Of a stretch of 64,000 nucleotides of DNA, positions 38,211 to 50,709 are shown piece after piece (the stretch's first letter is position 1; each line of letters starts with the position of its first letter). Origin of the DNA: Chiloscyllium plagiosum (Eukaryota); the NCBI RefSeq assembly GCF_004010195.1, contig NC_057720.1, positions 24,472,414 to 24,536,413 on the forward strand. The letters run 5' to 3'. A program made the translations under genes and the position numbers. Below the pieces are notes generated by a model. The model had not been told where the DNA came from and ran no database searches. It saw nothing but the letters and a program-made list of their open reading frames with translations.

Positions 38211-39221
38211 CTTAAGTAGAACAGTGAAGAAAATTTGCCATTCTTTTAAAACATTTGACAAATTGGCAATTGTTTTCAAGAATCTTTGGAAAGGGTTTTT
38301 AAGATTTTGCATCAGTTGTCATTTTCTTGGATATTAAGAAATACTTGTCCGTGTGACATGGCAATCTTTGACCTGAAAATGGTATAAACAAATAGGAGGT
38401 TAAGACAGAAGCTGTGTGATTGTACAGGGAGGACTACTAGCTTCTAGCAGGAGAGATGGAGGGTGAAGGTAATCAGTACAGTGAAGTAGACACAAAAAGA
38501 AAAGACAGAGACAGAAAAGAGCACAAAATAATTTGATTTTAGAAAGTTCAAAATAAAAATTGGCTTTATGTTTGGCTAAAAGATTAAAAATACAATTCCA
38601 GAAGTTCTTTCAGAAATGACATACAGGTGAACTAAAATGGATTGAATTCTAAATAGTGATGCAAATAGCTCAGGCATGAAAATGAGATGAGAGTTTGAAT
38701 CAGATTATTAGATCGTGAACGAGGTATTGTTGATTGGTTATTTGAATTGGAAATCAAGAGAGTTAGGCTATCAACACTGATGTGATCCAACAGAACACGA
38801 GAGGACATCAGTAAACCTGTACCTGGTAGGTGCTAAATGTATCCAGGGACTGAGAGGCTTCAAGGCTGAAACAATTGAGATGGAATGATTGTGAGATTAA
38901 ATTTCATGTCACATTTGTATAGGAAGAGATGAAGGTACTTATGATTTTGTAACATCTATCTGTGCTCTACTGACCAAATAAAGTCAAATTTACCTTTTAT
39001 TTGAAGTATAATTTTCTCTTAATTCATGTTTCATTAATGTTAAGTTTGATTTGTGTCAAACAACCAACGTACACAAGATGAAACGGTGTTGCTAATTGGA
39101 GGGGATTTTAGTTTAGGGCTCCCCACAGGCATTATAATAATGTTAAAAGGAACTTTGATAGCATAAATACGGGATAACTAGGTGGCTTGGATTTGTGATA
39201 ATTGGTAAAAGATTGATTTGA

Positions 39222-39325
39222 GGATCCTTGTGGTGTAGTGGTAATGTCCCTACTTCTGAGCCAGGAGGATCAGGTTTAAGTCCCTACTGCTCTAGAAGAG
39301 TGTCATGAAATGTCTAGACAGATAC
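39222..39325 (+). mobile_element. Short tRNA-headed SINE (related copy at about 52757-52860)
   Basis: tggtgtagtggtaatgtccctac..ggtttaagtccc A/B boxes; no full cloverleaf. Confidence 0.55.
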
Positions 39326-39356
39326 TTTTTAAAATAAAAGGTTGGTTTGTTTGATC

Positions 39357-39680
39357 TTAGATTAGATTAGATTACTTACGGTGTGGAAACAGGCCCTTCA
39401 GCCCAACAAGTCCACACTGACCCGATGAAGCGCAACCCACCCAGACCCATTCCCCTACATTTACCCCTGCACCTAACACTATGGGCAATTTAGCATGGCC
39501 AATTCACCTGACCTGCACATTTTTGGACTTGGGAGGAAACCGGAGCACCCGGAGGAAACCCATGCAGACACGGGGAGAATGTGCAAACTCCAAACAGTCA
39601 GTCGCCTGAGGCGGGAATTGAACCTGGGTCTCCGGCGCTGTGAGGCAGCAGTGCTAACCACTGTGCCACCGTGCCACCCA
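39357..39680 (-). mobile_element. Young HE1-type SINE
   Basis: Full length, many CpGs retained, (ttaga)n tail. Confidence 0.92.
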
Positions 39681-40509
39681 CAATGTGCTGTCTGGAAATG
39701 CACTGCGAATGAGATTCAGTAATAACTTTTGAAAGAGAAATAAATACTAAAAGTGGTAAAATTTGCAGAGATACAGGGAAAAAGCAGAAATTAATTTAAT
39801 AACTCACCCAAAGCGCCCACCGAGGCACAGTGGCCAATGGCATTCTTCTGTGTAATGATTCAATGGTTCAATTGGCTGAATATCCAGTGATCCACAATCT
39901 GATGACTATTAGGGCAATAAATAGACATGTTGCAGGTGTTCCATGTTCCTGTCAGGAAATCTCCAACAATATCACTGACATATATTAGTAATATTACATC
40001 GAGAACAGCACTCAACCATTGAATCACATGGCCTGGTATTTTGTTTAACACAACAGTGAAACCCAAAGGACTCCATTATTCATTATATAAGAGAACTATG
40101 GAGAGTTGGTACCAGATGACAATCCAGTTCAACAGAGGGTACCCTTTGTTGTAATATTGCTACCACCATATCCAGCTGCACAGTTACTACAGAAAGGGTT
40201 TGTTTGATGCATAAAGATGATATTCACAGGCCAGTGATCAGGGGTAAAGTAGAATGTGAAAACCAACTAAAGCTCATAGCAGCTCATAGTCTACATTTTG
40301 TTTAATTTTAGAAGTAACATTATATTACTATGAGGTATATTGTCCACTATGTTTCTTTATTACAGGAAAAAAAATATAATTGCTTAAGATATTCGGCAGT
40401 ACTCCACCTGAGATTCAGTAACAATTTTATATAAATAGTTACTGTTGGAAATATTTGTATTTGGGCATATATCGTTGTGGTTCTGGGATTTTAAACAATA
40501 ATGGATTAT

Positions 40510-41075
40510 AACATTCGACGTGCTTCCTGCACTTTCACTTTAAATCGAAATTGCAGGTGAAAGGTTGTTGGTGAAAGGTGAAAGTTGGGGCACACATTCG
40601 TCCAGGAAGTTTCAGAAAGAGCAAGTTGCCCAGTGGCGATTACCTGCACAAGGAGCTGTGCGTTCCTGGGAGTTGTTGGAGAAGCCTCGCTGGAAATTGT
40701 CTAAAAACAGGTAATCGAAAGCTGTCTTTTTTTTTGGTTGGATGTAGAGAGGGGCGGAGTCAGGACCTGTTGACTGGAGATTTACCTGAAGGAAGGGAAC
40801 AGGCACAAACTCCTGGCGCATATAGACCACTATGGTGATAATGACCGATGGACTTACTCTGGACGGTGATCGTTTACCAACCGGCCACTCTCCAGAATGA
40901 ACGCTTTACGGGGATGAATTACCTGCTTCGAGACCGGAGTAACTGATCTGACAGAAAAGCTGGAAATTAAACACCTTAACCTGTGAGAGGCTGCAAATGA
41001 TCGGGGTACTGTATAATAGGAAGCATATCCACTCCAAACTGTAACTGATTACAGCAGAACGAACGTCCGAGGCTC
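40510..41075 (+). promoter_or_regulatory. CpG-enriched putative promoter/first exon of TMEM125 paralog B
   Basis: About 20 CpGs in about 560 bp against a CpG-poor background; GC box GGGGCGGAGT at 40751-40760; ETS-like CAGGAAGT near 40603; non-repetitive. Confidence 0.55.
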
Positions 41076-42047
41076 AAGAACAAAGAGACTGACATTTAAT
41101 TCTGATGATAAACCTCAATTGCCCCGTGGAACTGGAGTGAGTACTGTACATTTAAGTCTGTACCTGACACGTATAAATTACATCCCTGAGTGAGACCGTT
41201 CTTTTGCTGCACATCAGGGTTGGATAGAACTGGCTGTTTGATAGTTAACTTCACATAAGATATTAACCCTATACTGAGACTTGCAGCCATACAGCTATTT
41301 TGTGATTGTTAAATCTGCGATAGATTTGACCCTAGGGGCAGCATTGGACTACTGAAGAGACGTCGAACAGCTTCAGTCAACAACCTGGGAGTTTGATTTC
41401 ATCCAGTGTTTCTTCTGGGAAACTTCTAGACTCAGAAAATCAGCTTTCTTGAACTGCACTGTGAGAGACTTTAAACAAACAACGGCAGTATTGAAAGAAG
41501 CAAAGCAGAGATAGACATTCAAGGAAACGTGCTGTATTGCCACTGGTTGACCTGAGAGGATAACGTTTGGTCATTCGACAGTGAAATCCTGCGCTTTACA
41601 ATATCAAGCACCTTTGGCTACCAAAGCAACGAATAATAGTTTCAGATCTCCAGCATCCACAACTCATTATGTTTAAATAATAGTTGAACCATGCGTCCAG
41701 GACTGTTTTATTCTGAGCTCCTGAGGAACGCCTGAGGACCCTGTATGTGAAAGATTACACTGAAATCCTTCCATGTTATAATTGAAATTTAGAATATCTA
41801 CAGCAAATTGAAGACTTTACCTGAGTGTAAAGTATGAAATTCCTGAGATTTATGCCTTGGTAAATCTATCATGTAAAAAATACCAGCTTACGTGTCTTAA
41901 CTATGTGCATCTAGGCAGCATTGAAGGTTTCTGGTGTAGGATTAATCTTTGTACAGGATTCTTGGAGTTTTTTTTGCATATTTAATAACTTATATTGAGC
42001 TTGATTCCTTTTTTTTCTTATGGCTGTTGGTGGGACAATTTTACCAA

Positions 42048-42710
42048 ATGCCTGAGCTTTCTGAGATCATGTCTGGCAATTTCCCAGCAAGTCGTTCCCG
42101 GATCCAGCAGAGTATCCTCGAGGATCAGGTGGAATTATGGTGGTTCCAAGATCTTAAAAGATCGATCCTGTGCTATTCTGTGGCTGTGATCTTGATCCTA
42201 GGAACTGGGTTGGGAGGAATTGTTCTATTATCTACAGCTACCAGTAAATCGAGTGAATGGAGGCTGGGAGTGGGAACTGTCCTGTGTCTTTTAGCTCTCT
42301 GCATTCTTTTAAAACAACTGATGAGCTCTGCCATCCAGGACATGAATTGCATGAGGAGCCGATCCCAGATTGACAAGTTAAGGAGTGGAGGCTTAATTGA
42401 TTATTTGATTATTTTAGTTGCTGGATTAATAATACTAATCTGTGGCCATGCATTGATAATCCTGGCACATTCTGATCCTTATCCTTCGGGTAGATCCTGG
42501 AGTGACATGTTAATTGCAGGTGTTGCCATTACATTAGCTGGATACATTATCCTCCTCTCACTCCTGGTCTACAGTTTAATCTTCAAATTCTGCCCCCATA
42601 TAGCATCCAGCTCCTCGAACAGAGGGGTCCCAAGTGTTTACATGATATCATCAGGCAATGTAGAGGGGAGGCCAAGGGAATTTTCCTCCAGTACAGCCAA
42701 CCTAATATAA
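42048..42710 (+). CDS. TMEM125: Transmembrane protein 125, paralog B (220 aa, single coding exon)
   Basis: ATG at 42048 to TAA; QVELWW, GTVLCLLAL, KQLMSSAIQDMNC, LRSGG, STANLI; colinear with paralog A. Confidence 0.94.
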   Translation: MPELSEIMSGNFPASRSRIQQSILEDQVELWWFQDLKRSILCYSVAVILILGTGLGGIVLLSTATSKSSEWRLGVGTVLCLLALCILLKQLMSSAIQDMNCMRSRSQIDKLRSGGLIDYLIILVAGLIILICGHALIILAHSDPYPSGRSWSDMLIAGVAITLAGYIILLSLLVYSLIFKFCPHIASSSSNRGVPSVYMISSGNVEGRPREFSSSTANLI

Positions 42711-43190
42711 AACCCGAACTGACTGACTTCAGCAGGAGTCCCTCTTACTTTGAGATGACTAATCAGGCTGGGCTTGTTTGGTGCACAGTTTATGGTGAAA
42801 ACAGAAGAAACTCACAGGTTAACTGCACAAAACAGTCCTTAACAATAGTAATTAATGCAGGCCAGTATAGATTGTGATTCATTGGAGTCTAATTTGTAAC
42901 ACAGATTTATAAATCTTCACATTTAGCAATTATTATTAGCTGAACAGGTAAAATTAGAATTAAATTAACGTGAAAGCTGAGTTGTGAAGGTTTTGATATC
43001 TGCAGATGTACGTATTAACTCGTTGGTGAATGAATAGCTATTGCACATTATTGTTACCTCACAACTGTAGCTGTCATGAGTGGTACTCACACATTGCAAA
43101 AGCACTTTACAGAGTGAATCAAGACTAATGGAAACACAAGTACATTTTTCTATAACTGTCAGTAACATCAGTCATGATTTTACTGTTGAT

Positions 43191-43196
43191 AATAAA
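43191..43196 (+). terminator. Candidate poly(A) signal of TMEM125 paralog B
   Basis: AATAAA about 480 nt after the stop. Confidence 0.35.
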
Positions 43197-45134
43197 TGCA
43201 ATTGTTAAATATTTAAGAGTGGAATGAGTCTGTCTCTTCTTCTAGTAACTTGTGAATTTCTGACATCTAATCTGCTTGACCTGGTATAACCACATTCACT
43301 TTATGATTCTGTACCTGTTACATTGTTCACTGGTTTGATAAAGAAAGGTGATTTTGGTGATTTATTATTTGCTTTACTGTGTTCTTGAAATTAGATATTA
43401 CTCCAATGTTTGTTGACGTGCAGCTGTGTTACTTCATAACTCACTTTTTGATAATGTTTTACTTAGAGTGAAATATCGACTGTTGCTTTAGTTAACATTT
43501 TACTGGGATGTTCCATGTTCAACATTTTCATTAACATGTTGGTTATATTGTTCACTATTTTTGTTGGTATTGCAAGAGTGCTCGATTTGTCAGAATGCTT
43601 GCAGTGTCACGTGTACTTTATTAGACCATAGTGTCAGAGAGTCATTACAACACAGCAAACCCTTACCGCTCTGTAGAGCAACCTGAGCTGTCCCATTCCC
43701 CACTCTCTTTGGGTGCTTGTGCAAAGTTATTTTCCTCATACCATTTTTCAATCCTTTGGCACCTCCCCTCGTATCAAGGGAACATTAGGAGATTATGGCA
43801 AGTCCTTCTGTATTTCCACTCCCACCTCCTTTAATGATGTAGGATGCAAGCCATCCAGATTTATCCACTCAAAGCAAACTCTTTTGACTGCATCTTTCCA
43901 ATTAATTTTCACCCCTCCATGATCTCTGTCATCTCCAGTTCCACTGATGTGTTGCCAGACTCCTCTTCCTTGCTGAATGTAGATACAAAGTACCCGTTAA
44001 GTAATTTTGCCTTGCCCTGTGCATCTAAGAATAATTACTTTCTTTGTCCCTTATAGAATCCACAATTGATTACTACCCAGTTACTATTTATATGTCGGTA
44101 GAAGATTTTGTTTTTGGTTTCCTTCTATGTTGAGCATTATTCTTATATTCTCTCTTTGCTGGTATTATTTTCCACTTCACTTCCCGTCTCATTATATTGT
44201 ATTTGGCTTAGTTCTTGTTTGGAAAATTCACCTGATATGCTCCATATCCCCTTTGTTTTATTGTTTCATCATCATCATCTATTTCCCTTATCATCCACTG
44301 AGACCTGTCTTTGGATCACTTACTTCTTACCCTTGCTGGAACTTCAAGAGTCTGAAGCTGACACATTGTTCATTGATACATTTTCCCATCAATCTTTGCA
44401 TTTTACTGTGGTTAGATCCCCTTTTATCTAATTAAAGTCAGCCCTCTTCCAATTTAAATATTCTACTTCAGATTATTCCTTGTGTTTTCTCCATTACTAA
44501 TTCAGATATGATGACTGCCATTAGCCAAGTGTTTTTCCAAAGGCACTTGGTCCACTTGACCCATCTCATTGCTTAGCACTAGCTCTAGTGATGTCCCCTG
44601 CTCAGTTGGATGAAGAAAATACCAGCAAGGAAATTCTCCTGAAATTCCTCCTTTTCCTTTGCACTAAAATTATTCCAAATGACATTTGGAAAGTTGAAGT
44701 CATGCAACATCATCATCTGTAGTCTCATTATTACATTTCTATCATTTCTCTTTCTGTGTCACTATTTGGAGGCTGAAAGAATTCCCTCAAAAGTGTAGTT
44801 ATTCCCTTTTTCTGAACTCTAACTAAATGGGTTTGGGTTTTGCCCCCTCAAGACATCCTTTTTTTTGTAATCCTCAATGTTTTCTCTATACTGTAACCCT
44901 ATCTCCCGTTTCCACTACCCTGTCTCTTCTGAATATTTGTATTCTTGAACATTAAGCACTTAGTCCTTCCATATCTCACTAAAATTAATCACCACACTTT
45001 GTGTATTTTAGATACATCTTTGCATTCTATTTAATCCTTCTTAGTCATTCTAGTCTAATATAGTATTACTTCCTTCTGTAGAGCAATACATTAGTTATAT
45101 ATATAACTTTAATATATAGAGTGAACATTAATAA

Positions 45135-46095
45135 TATAATGATCTGGATGAAGGGACTGAGGACATTCTGATGAAGTTTGCCAATTATACGAAGTTAGGT
45201 GGAAAGGCAGGTAGTACTGAGGAGCTGGGGAGGCTGCAGAAAGACTGCAACAGTTTAGGAGAGTGGTCCAGGAAATGGCTGGTGAAATTCAACATGAGCA
45301 AATGCGAGGTCTTACACTTTGGAAAAAAAATACAGGCATGGATTATTTTCTAAACGATGAGAAAATTCACAAAACCAAAGTACAAAGGGATCTGGGAGTA
45401 CTAGTCCAGGATTCTCTAAAGGTTTACTTGCAGGTTGAGTCCGTGACTAAGAAAGTGAGTGTAGTGTTGTCATTTATCTCAAGAGGGTTGGAATATAAAA
45501 GCAGCAATGTGTTTCTGCGATGTGCTTATAAAGCTCTAGTTAGGTCCCTTTATTGTGTCCAATTTTAATGCCACACCTCAGGAAGGAATATTGGCACTAG
45601 GGCATGTACAGCAGAGATTCACATGGATGAGCCCTGGAATGGTAGGCCCAACATACGATAAACAGCTGAGGATCCTGGGATTGTATTCATTAGAGTTTAG
45701 AAGGTTGAGGGGATATCTAATAGAAACTTACAAGATAATGCATGGCTTAGAAAGGGTGGACGGTGGAAAGCTGTTTCCGTTAGGTGGGGAGACTAGGACC
45801 CATAGGCACAGCCTTAAAATTAAGAGGGGGTCAATTTAGAATGGAAATAAGGAGACATTTCTTCAGCCAGAGAATGGTGGGCCTGTGGAATTCATTGCCA
45901 CAGAGAGCAGTGGAAGCCGGGACGTTAAATGTCTTCAAGGCAGAGATTGATAAATTCTTGATCTCTCAAGGAATTAAGGGCTACGGGGAGAGTTCAGGTA
46001 AGTGGAGTTGAAATGTCCATCAGACATAATTAAATGGTGGAGTAGACTCGATGGGCCAAATGGCCTTACTTTCACTCCTATGTCTTATGGTCTAA
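45135..46095 (+). mobile_element. CR1 LINE 3' fragment
   Basis: KFANYTKLGG, KFNMSKCEVLHFG, QRDLGVLV, WNSLPQ; cttatggt tail. Confidence 0.92.
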
Positions 46096-46529
46096 TGGAC
46101 TTATGGTTATTCCTCATTTCTACTTTGATGTAAATCCCCATCAATTTAATTTAATCCTTTCTCAACCACACTAGTCAACCTTGCTGCGAGTACATTAATT
46201 CAAATTCTATTGAAGTGTAACCCATAACTTCCGAATACTCTGCTCCAGAACTGGTTCCAGTGTTCCAAAAATATGAAGCTCTCCCTCCCTCCTTCATCAA
46301 GTGACACATGTTTGGCAAAGATTATTACTTCTTGAAGTCCTGTTTTAAACTTCATCACTAACTCCTGAAAATCTGTTTGTCAGACCTCAGTACTTGGTCT
46401 TTCTTTCTATAAATGTGTACCACATTTGTTGACTCAGTCACTTCTGAATATTCTGGATCTTCTCTGTGAAGTCCTTTATCCTGGCACCAAAAAGTTAACA
46501 AATCAGATTGGGGTTTACCATGGTTACTG

Positions 46530-46611
46530 GGCTTTTGCCCGAAACGTCGATTTCGAAGCTCCTTGGATGCTGCCTGAACTGCTGTGCTCTTCCAGCACCA
46601 CTAATCCAGAA
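46530..46611 (+). mobile_element. Penelope pLTR fragment with 11-bp TSD
   Basis: Matches 13220-13301; catggttactg at 46519-46529 and 46612-46622. Confidence 0.85.
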
Positions 46612-47006
46612 CATGGTTACTGCCTGTCTATTCCTGTAACTGTGAAATCTCCTATTACAACTATATTTCTATGGTTTGCTATTGCCTCCCTTTTCCAGTT
46701 GATCCCATAGGCTGAACTGCACTCCTTCCAGGTATCATCATCCTGAGCATCATTCCAAACAGTGTCCAAAGTTGAGTACCAATTTAAGAATGGCATACAC
46801 CCAAACACTTCCTGTTTCTTCCTACTTTTCCAGATGGCCATCCAAATACTTTCTTGAACACCCTCTGCTTTTGAAGTGACCACATCTTTGAAAGTGTGAT
46901 CCCACAAACTCTTGTCCAGCCTGATACTCTGCAGTGATTCCAGCTGTCCTCACTGATACTTTCCCCACACATGGTCCCCTAAAATACATGAAGTCGGGGA
47001 TCCAAG

Positions 47007-47506
47007 NNNNNNNNNNNNNNNNNNNNNNNNNNNNNNNNNNNNNNNNNNNNNNNNNNNNNNNNNNNNNNNNNNNNNNNNNNNNNNNNNNNNNNNNNNNNNN
47101 NNNNNNNNNNNNNNNNNNNNNNNNNNNNNNNNNNNNNNNNNNNNNNNNNNNNNNNNNNNNNNNNNNNNNNNNNNNNNNNNNNNNNNNNNNNNNNNNNNNN
47201 NNNNNNNNNNNNNNNNNNNNNNNNNNNNNNNNNNNNNNNNNNNNNNNNNNNNNNNNNNNNNNNNNNNNNNNNNNNNNNNNNNNNNNNNNNNNNNNNNNNN
47301 NNNNNNNNNNNNNNNNNNNNNNNNNNNNNNNNNNNNNNNNNNNNNNNNNNNNNNNNNNNNNNNNNNNNNNNNNNNNNNNNNNNNNNNNNNNNNNNNNNNN
47401 NNNNNNNNNNNNNNNNNNNNNNNNNNNNNNNNNNNNNNNNNNNNNNNNNNNNNNNNNNNNNNNNNNNNNNNNNNNNNNNNNNNNNNNNNNNNNNNNNNNN
47501 NNNNNN
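47007..47506. other. Assembly gap (500 N)
   Basis: Exactly 500 N, a round number typical of a scaffolding spacer of unknown true size. Confidence 0.99.
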
Positions 47507-47834
47507 TCTGTCTATTTTTTTCCAAATATCCTTGCTTTGACTGCTGCTGTCTTGTGCAGTAAGACACAGGCTGCAGAGATCATCGGACACCCACTCATTG
47601 CTCCATTCTCCCTATTGGCAAGACAGCAAACTCTTCATTTTCCAGTTGTCAGTGAAATACACTTTTATTCTCCATCTCCAATATCTTTGAGTACTTCCAT
47701 CGATTTGTTATAAAGAAAGTGAGGAAAAACACAAATTTGTTTTATGGCCTTGAAGATATTACTTTGATGTTGGTTGCATTAGTGTCCTGGTAGTCTGAGA
47801 GATGACAAACCTGAATGATCAGCGACCCAACTGT

Positions 47835-48125
47835 GGAGCAGCATGGTGGCGCAGTGGTTAACATTGCTGCCTTCCAGCACCGGGGACTTGGGTTTGATTG
47901 CAGCCTTGCATGACTGTCTGTGTAGAGTTTGCGTGTTCACCCTGGGTGATCTGATTTCCTCCCATAGTCCAAAGATGGGTAGGTTAGGTGGATTGGCCAT
48001 GCTAAATTGCCCAAAGTGTCCAGGGATGTGCAGACTAGGTGAATTAGCCATGGGAAATAGAGAGATTGGATGGGTAGAATCAATGGACTGAATGGCTTAT
48101 TCCGTGCACTGTCAGGACTCTATGT
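47835..48125 (+). mobile_element. HE1-type SINE
   Basis: Head, core and tail. Confidence 0.82.
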
Positions 48126-48154
48126 TTCTACTGTGAGTAGTTTCCTCGCTGACA

Positions 48155-48330
48155 AATGAATTCTGCTATAACACGTGTGAATTCAATACAACACAATTGA
48201 TGAATTGGGGACACTGTTTCTAAAGCACAAACTTTTAAAGCATGTATTGGTTATAACGCGATTCAGGCTCCATCAGTTTAAATGGTGCTGCTATTATGCG
48301 AATTTCTTATAACTTGTGATTGCACAAGAA
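48155..48330. mobile_element. Tigger/pogo-like MITE fragment
   Basis: ttctgctataacac start with repeated internal tataacgcg-type motifs; family by recall. Confidence 0.5.
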
Positions 48331-49719
48331 AGGTGGATAACCACAGTCAAGGGAAGTTACAAAATGGGATGAGCTTATAATTACTATTTCAGCACCACAA
48401 TCCAGGAGAAAATTGAGGACTAATTTTCATCCGTAATAATTATCTATAGTATTTACAATAGAAAGTATTTACAGCACAATAACAGGCCCAGTTGATGATA
48501 CTGAACATGAGCCTCCTCCTATCCTCTTTATCTAACTGAATCAATAGCTTTTAGATATTTAGGGGATGGTTTTGGTGCTTGATAAAGTGTAGCTAGATGT
48601 TCACTTTCAAAATGGAGTGTAGGGCACATTCAAAGTACAAGTGGAATTAGTTACAATATAAGTAGAACTAAGATACAAGTAATCCTACTTACTCAGAAGA
48701 CAACAGGCAAGAGGGCACTTATCTACTCGGTTACTATAATTACCAACAATCGCTCTTCCACAATTTCAATCTGCTCAACTGCTCATATGGTCAGGTCACC
48801 CACTCACGCCTGAAGGAATGGGGCTTACTGATGGTTTACAATATGTGTTTGTCAGTTCTTGAAGATGTCTGTAGGATCCAACTTCGTCTTACGAGCCAGA
48901 AAAAAAAAGCAATGGAGGACTTTTCTTCCTCTGTGAGCTAGTTTGGAAGCTGAGGCCCAAAGTGATATATTTTAACAATATCATTCTTTTCTTCCTGTGC
49001 CTGGACGAGCAACTCCAGCCAGCACTGAGAAAGCTTAGGTCTTATCTGTCAAGATCTTTCACCGAACCCTGACTCTCTCCCCAGATGCTGCCAAAGGTAT
49101 TTCCAGTTCCAGTATTTTCTGATCTCTTTGCAGATTTCCAGCATCTTAAAACATTTGGTTTGTTCTAGCAATAGCTCCACAATCTTATCTTTATAATATG
49201 ATTGGGAATTTGCATCTGGATGGGTTTTGTATCTGGATGGCTGTACTCAGTTGTCATAGTGATAGCCAGAACACCCAATAGGATTAAACATTTCAATTTG
49301 ATTATAGAACCATCTACTCAATTCCTTGTGCAGCCCAACAGGTGATTGTAAAACTATCACAGGCCAATGAAAAAGCAGCCAAATCTTTAAGAGTCGCACA
49401 ATGAGAATGAATTTTTAGTTTCGGAAATCATTCAGCTTGCCATACTGTTACCCTCTGCAGTAAATTAAAATGTAGGAGAGCTCATCATCATATCAAATAG
49501 TTTGCAAATTATTTTTTTGAGTGTTTGAATCAAGTGCATGCAAGCCGAAAATTAGTAAATATTTTATTTGCCTGTATACATAGAATCTACAGGATTTTAT
49601 ATTACTAAGAAACAGCTGATTTTTATAATCATGCATTTTGCACTCCTGTTTTGTGTTCCACACCAGACATGTAATAGGTGGGAAGTTGTCCCCACTAAAG
49701 ATTATTGAACAGGGTGGCA

Positions 49720-50095
49720 CCTCTTAGCAAAAGACTGAGGAATAACCTGTTGAGGTTGTGATGTTGATGAATAACTTTGACAGAGTCGACAAAAATAAGT
49801 CATTGCTAGGTGTGAGGGAGGCCAGGCTTCAGGGCCACAAATACAGGTTAGTATATAATAAATCTAACAGGAAATTCAGAATAAATCTTTTCACCGAGAG
49901 GCCTGTTATGGAGCTTGCTGTCACAAGGAGCAGTTGAGGTGAATAGCATTGAAGGGAAAGAAAGATGTACACAGGAAGGAGAATGGAATAGAATATCTCG
50001 TGGATTGAATTGAAAGAAGATTGAAAGGAAGTTCCACTGGAAAAGAAACATCAGCAGCAGCAAGTTAGACTGACTAGTTTATATCGGTGTTGAAC
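49720..50095 (+). mobile_element. Old CR1 3' fragment
   Basis: agggccacaaatac..ctttttcaccgagagg..tggagcttgct pattern. Confidence 0.55.
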
Positions 50096-50709
50096 ATTGC
50101 CATTTATACAATTCTAAATATCACCAATGACTTTCGCAAATGACTTGAGATTGATATGTAGACATTTCAGAACATTGTAGGGCACACTGATCTGAATTCT
50201 GTAACAATAACTGATCTCTGCCCAGGCATGTCCACAACTCCACTCTTCAGGGGGCCAACATTCTTTCCAATGTTAGACGTGCATAGCAACAAACCCTATT
50301 TCCCAAACAATGAAATGTTTGAATGGAATTATTTTAAAGTTCCACTGTTTGCCACTATAATCCATTCTTTCAGGACATAATTCCATGATGTGGTGTTTAG
50401 TGAATACAGAAATTCCAGTTTAGGAAGTGGACAGTAAGTTCACAAATACCACAGCAAACTGCCAGGTGTGGGCATTTTACTCAGAGGGAGCACAACCCTT
50501 GACCTCTGATGAAGTTCTCAATAATTTTACAGGTTAGGGTATAGTTTTTTTTCAGTGATCTATTTGTTCTGTTCAGGGCCAAAAAATTGCTTGCAGAGTT
50601 TAGTTGGATCTTGCACATTATGTCTTTAATTCCAAATAAGAGCCTTAAGTATTGGCTATCTCCAACAATCCATAAACCAACCACTTCTTCATTTGATAGT
50701 AGGCAGTAC

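Larger units (their letters stand above)
43630..46990 (-). mobile_element. Old CR1-like LINE remnant with nested insertions
   Basis: Minus-strand NIVVIGDF endonuclease-like motif near 46650; degraded, boundaries approximate. Confidence 0.5.

Noticed and set aside
39222..39325. SINE heads as functional tRNA genes
   Set aside because: A/B boxes are present but there is no complete cloverleaf, and they run into repeat bodies.
41949..42047. N-terminal extensions of the TMEM125 ORFs in the track (also 28842-28868)
   Set aside because: They begin at TTG codons and are not conserved between paralogs; the ATGs at 28869 and 42048 give equal 220-aa proteins.
46934..47713. Three ORFs of more than 200 aa
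   Set aside because: They are open only because they run through the 500-N gap.
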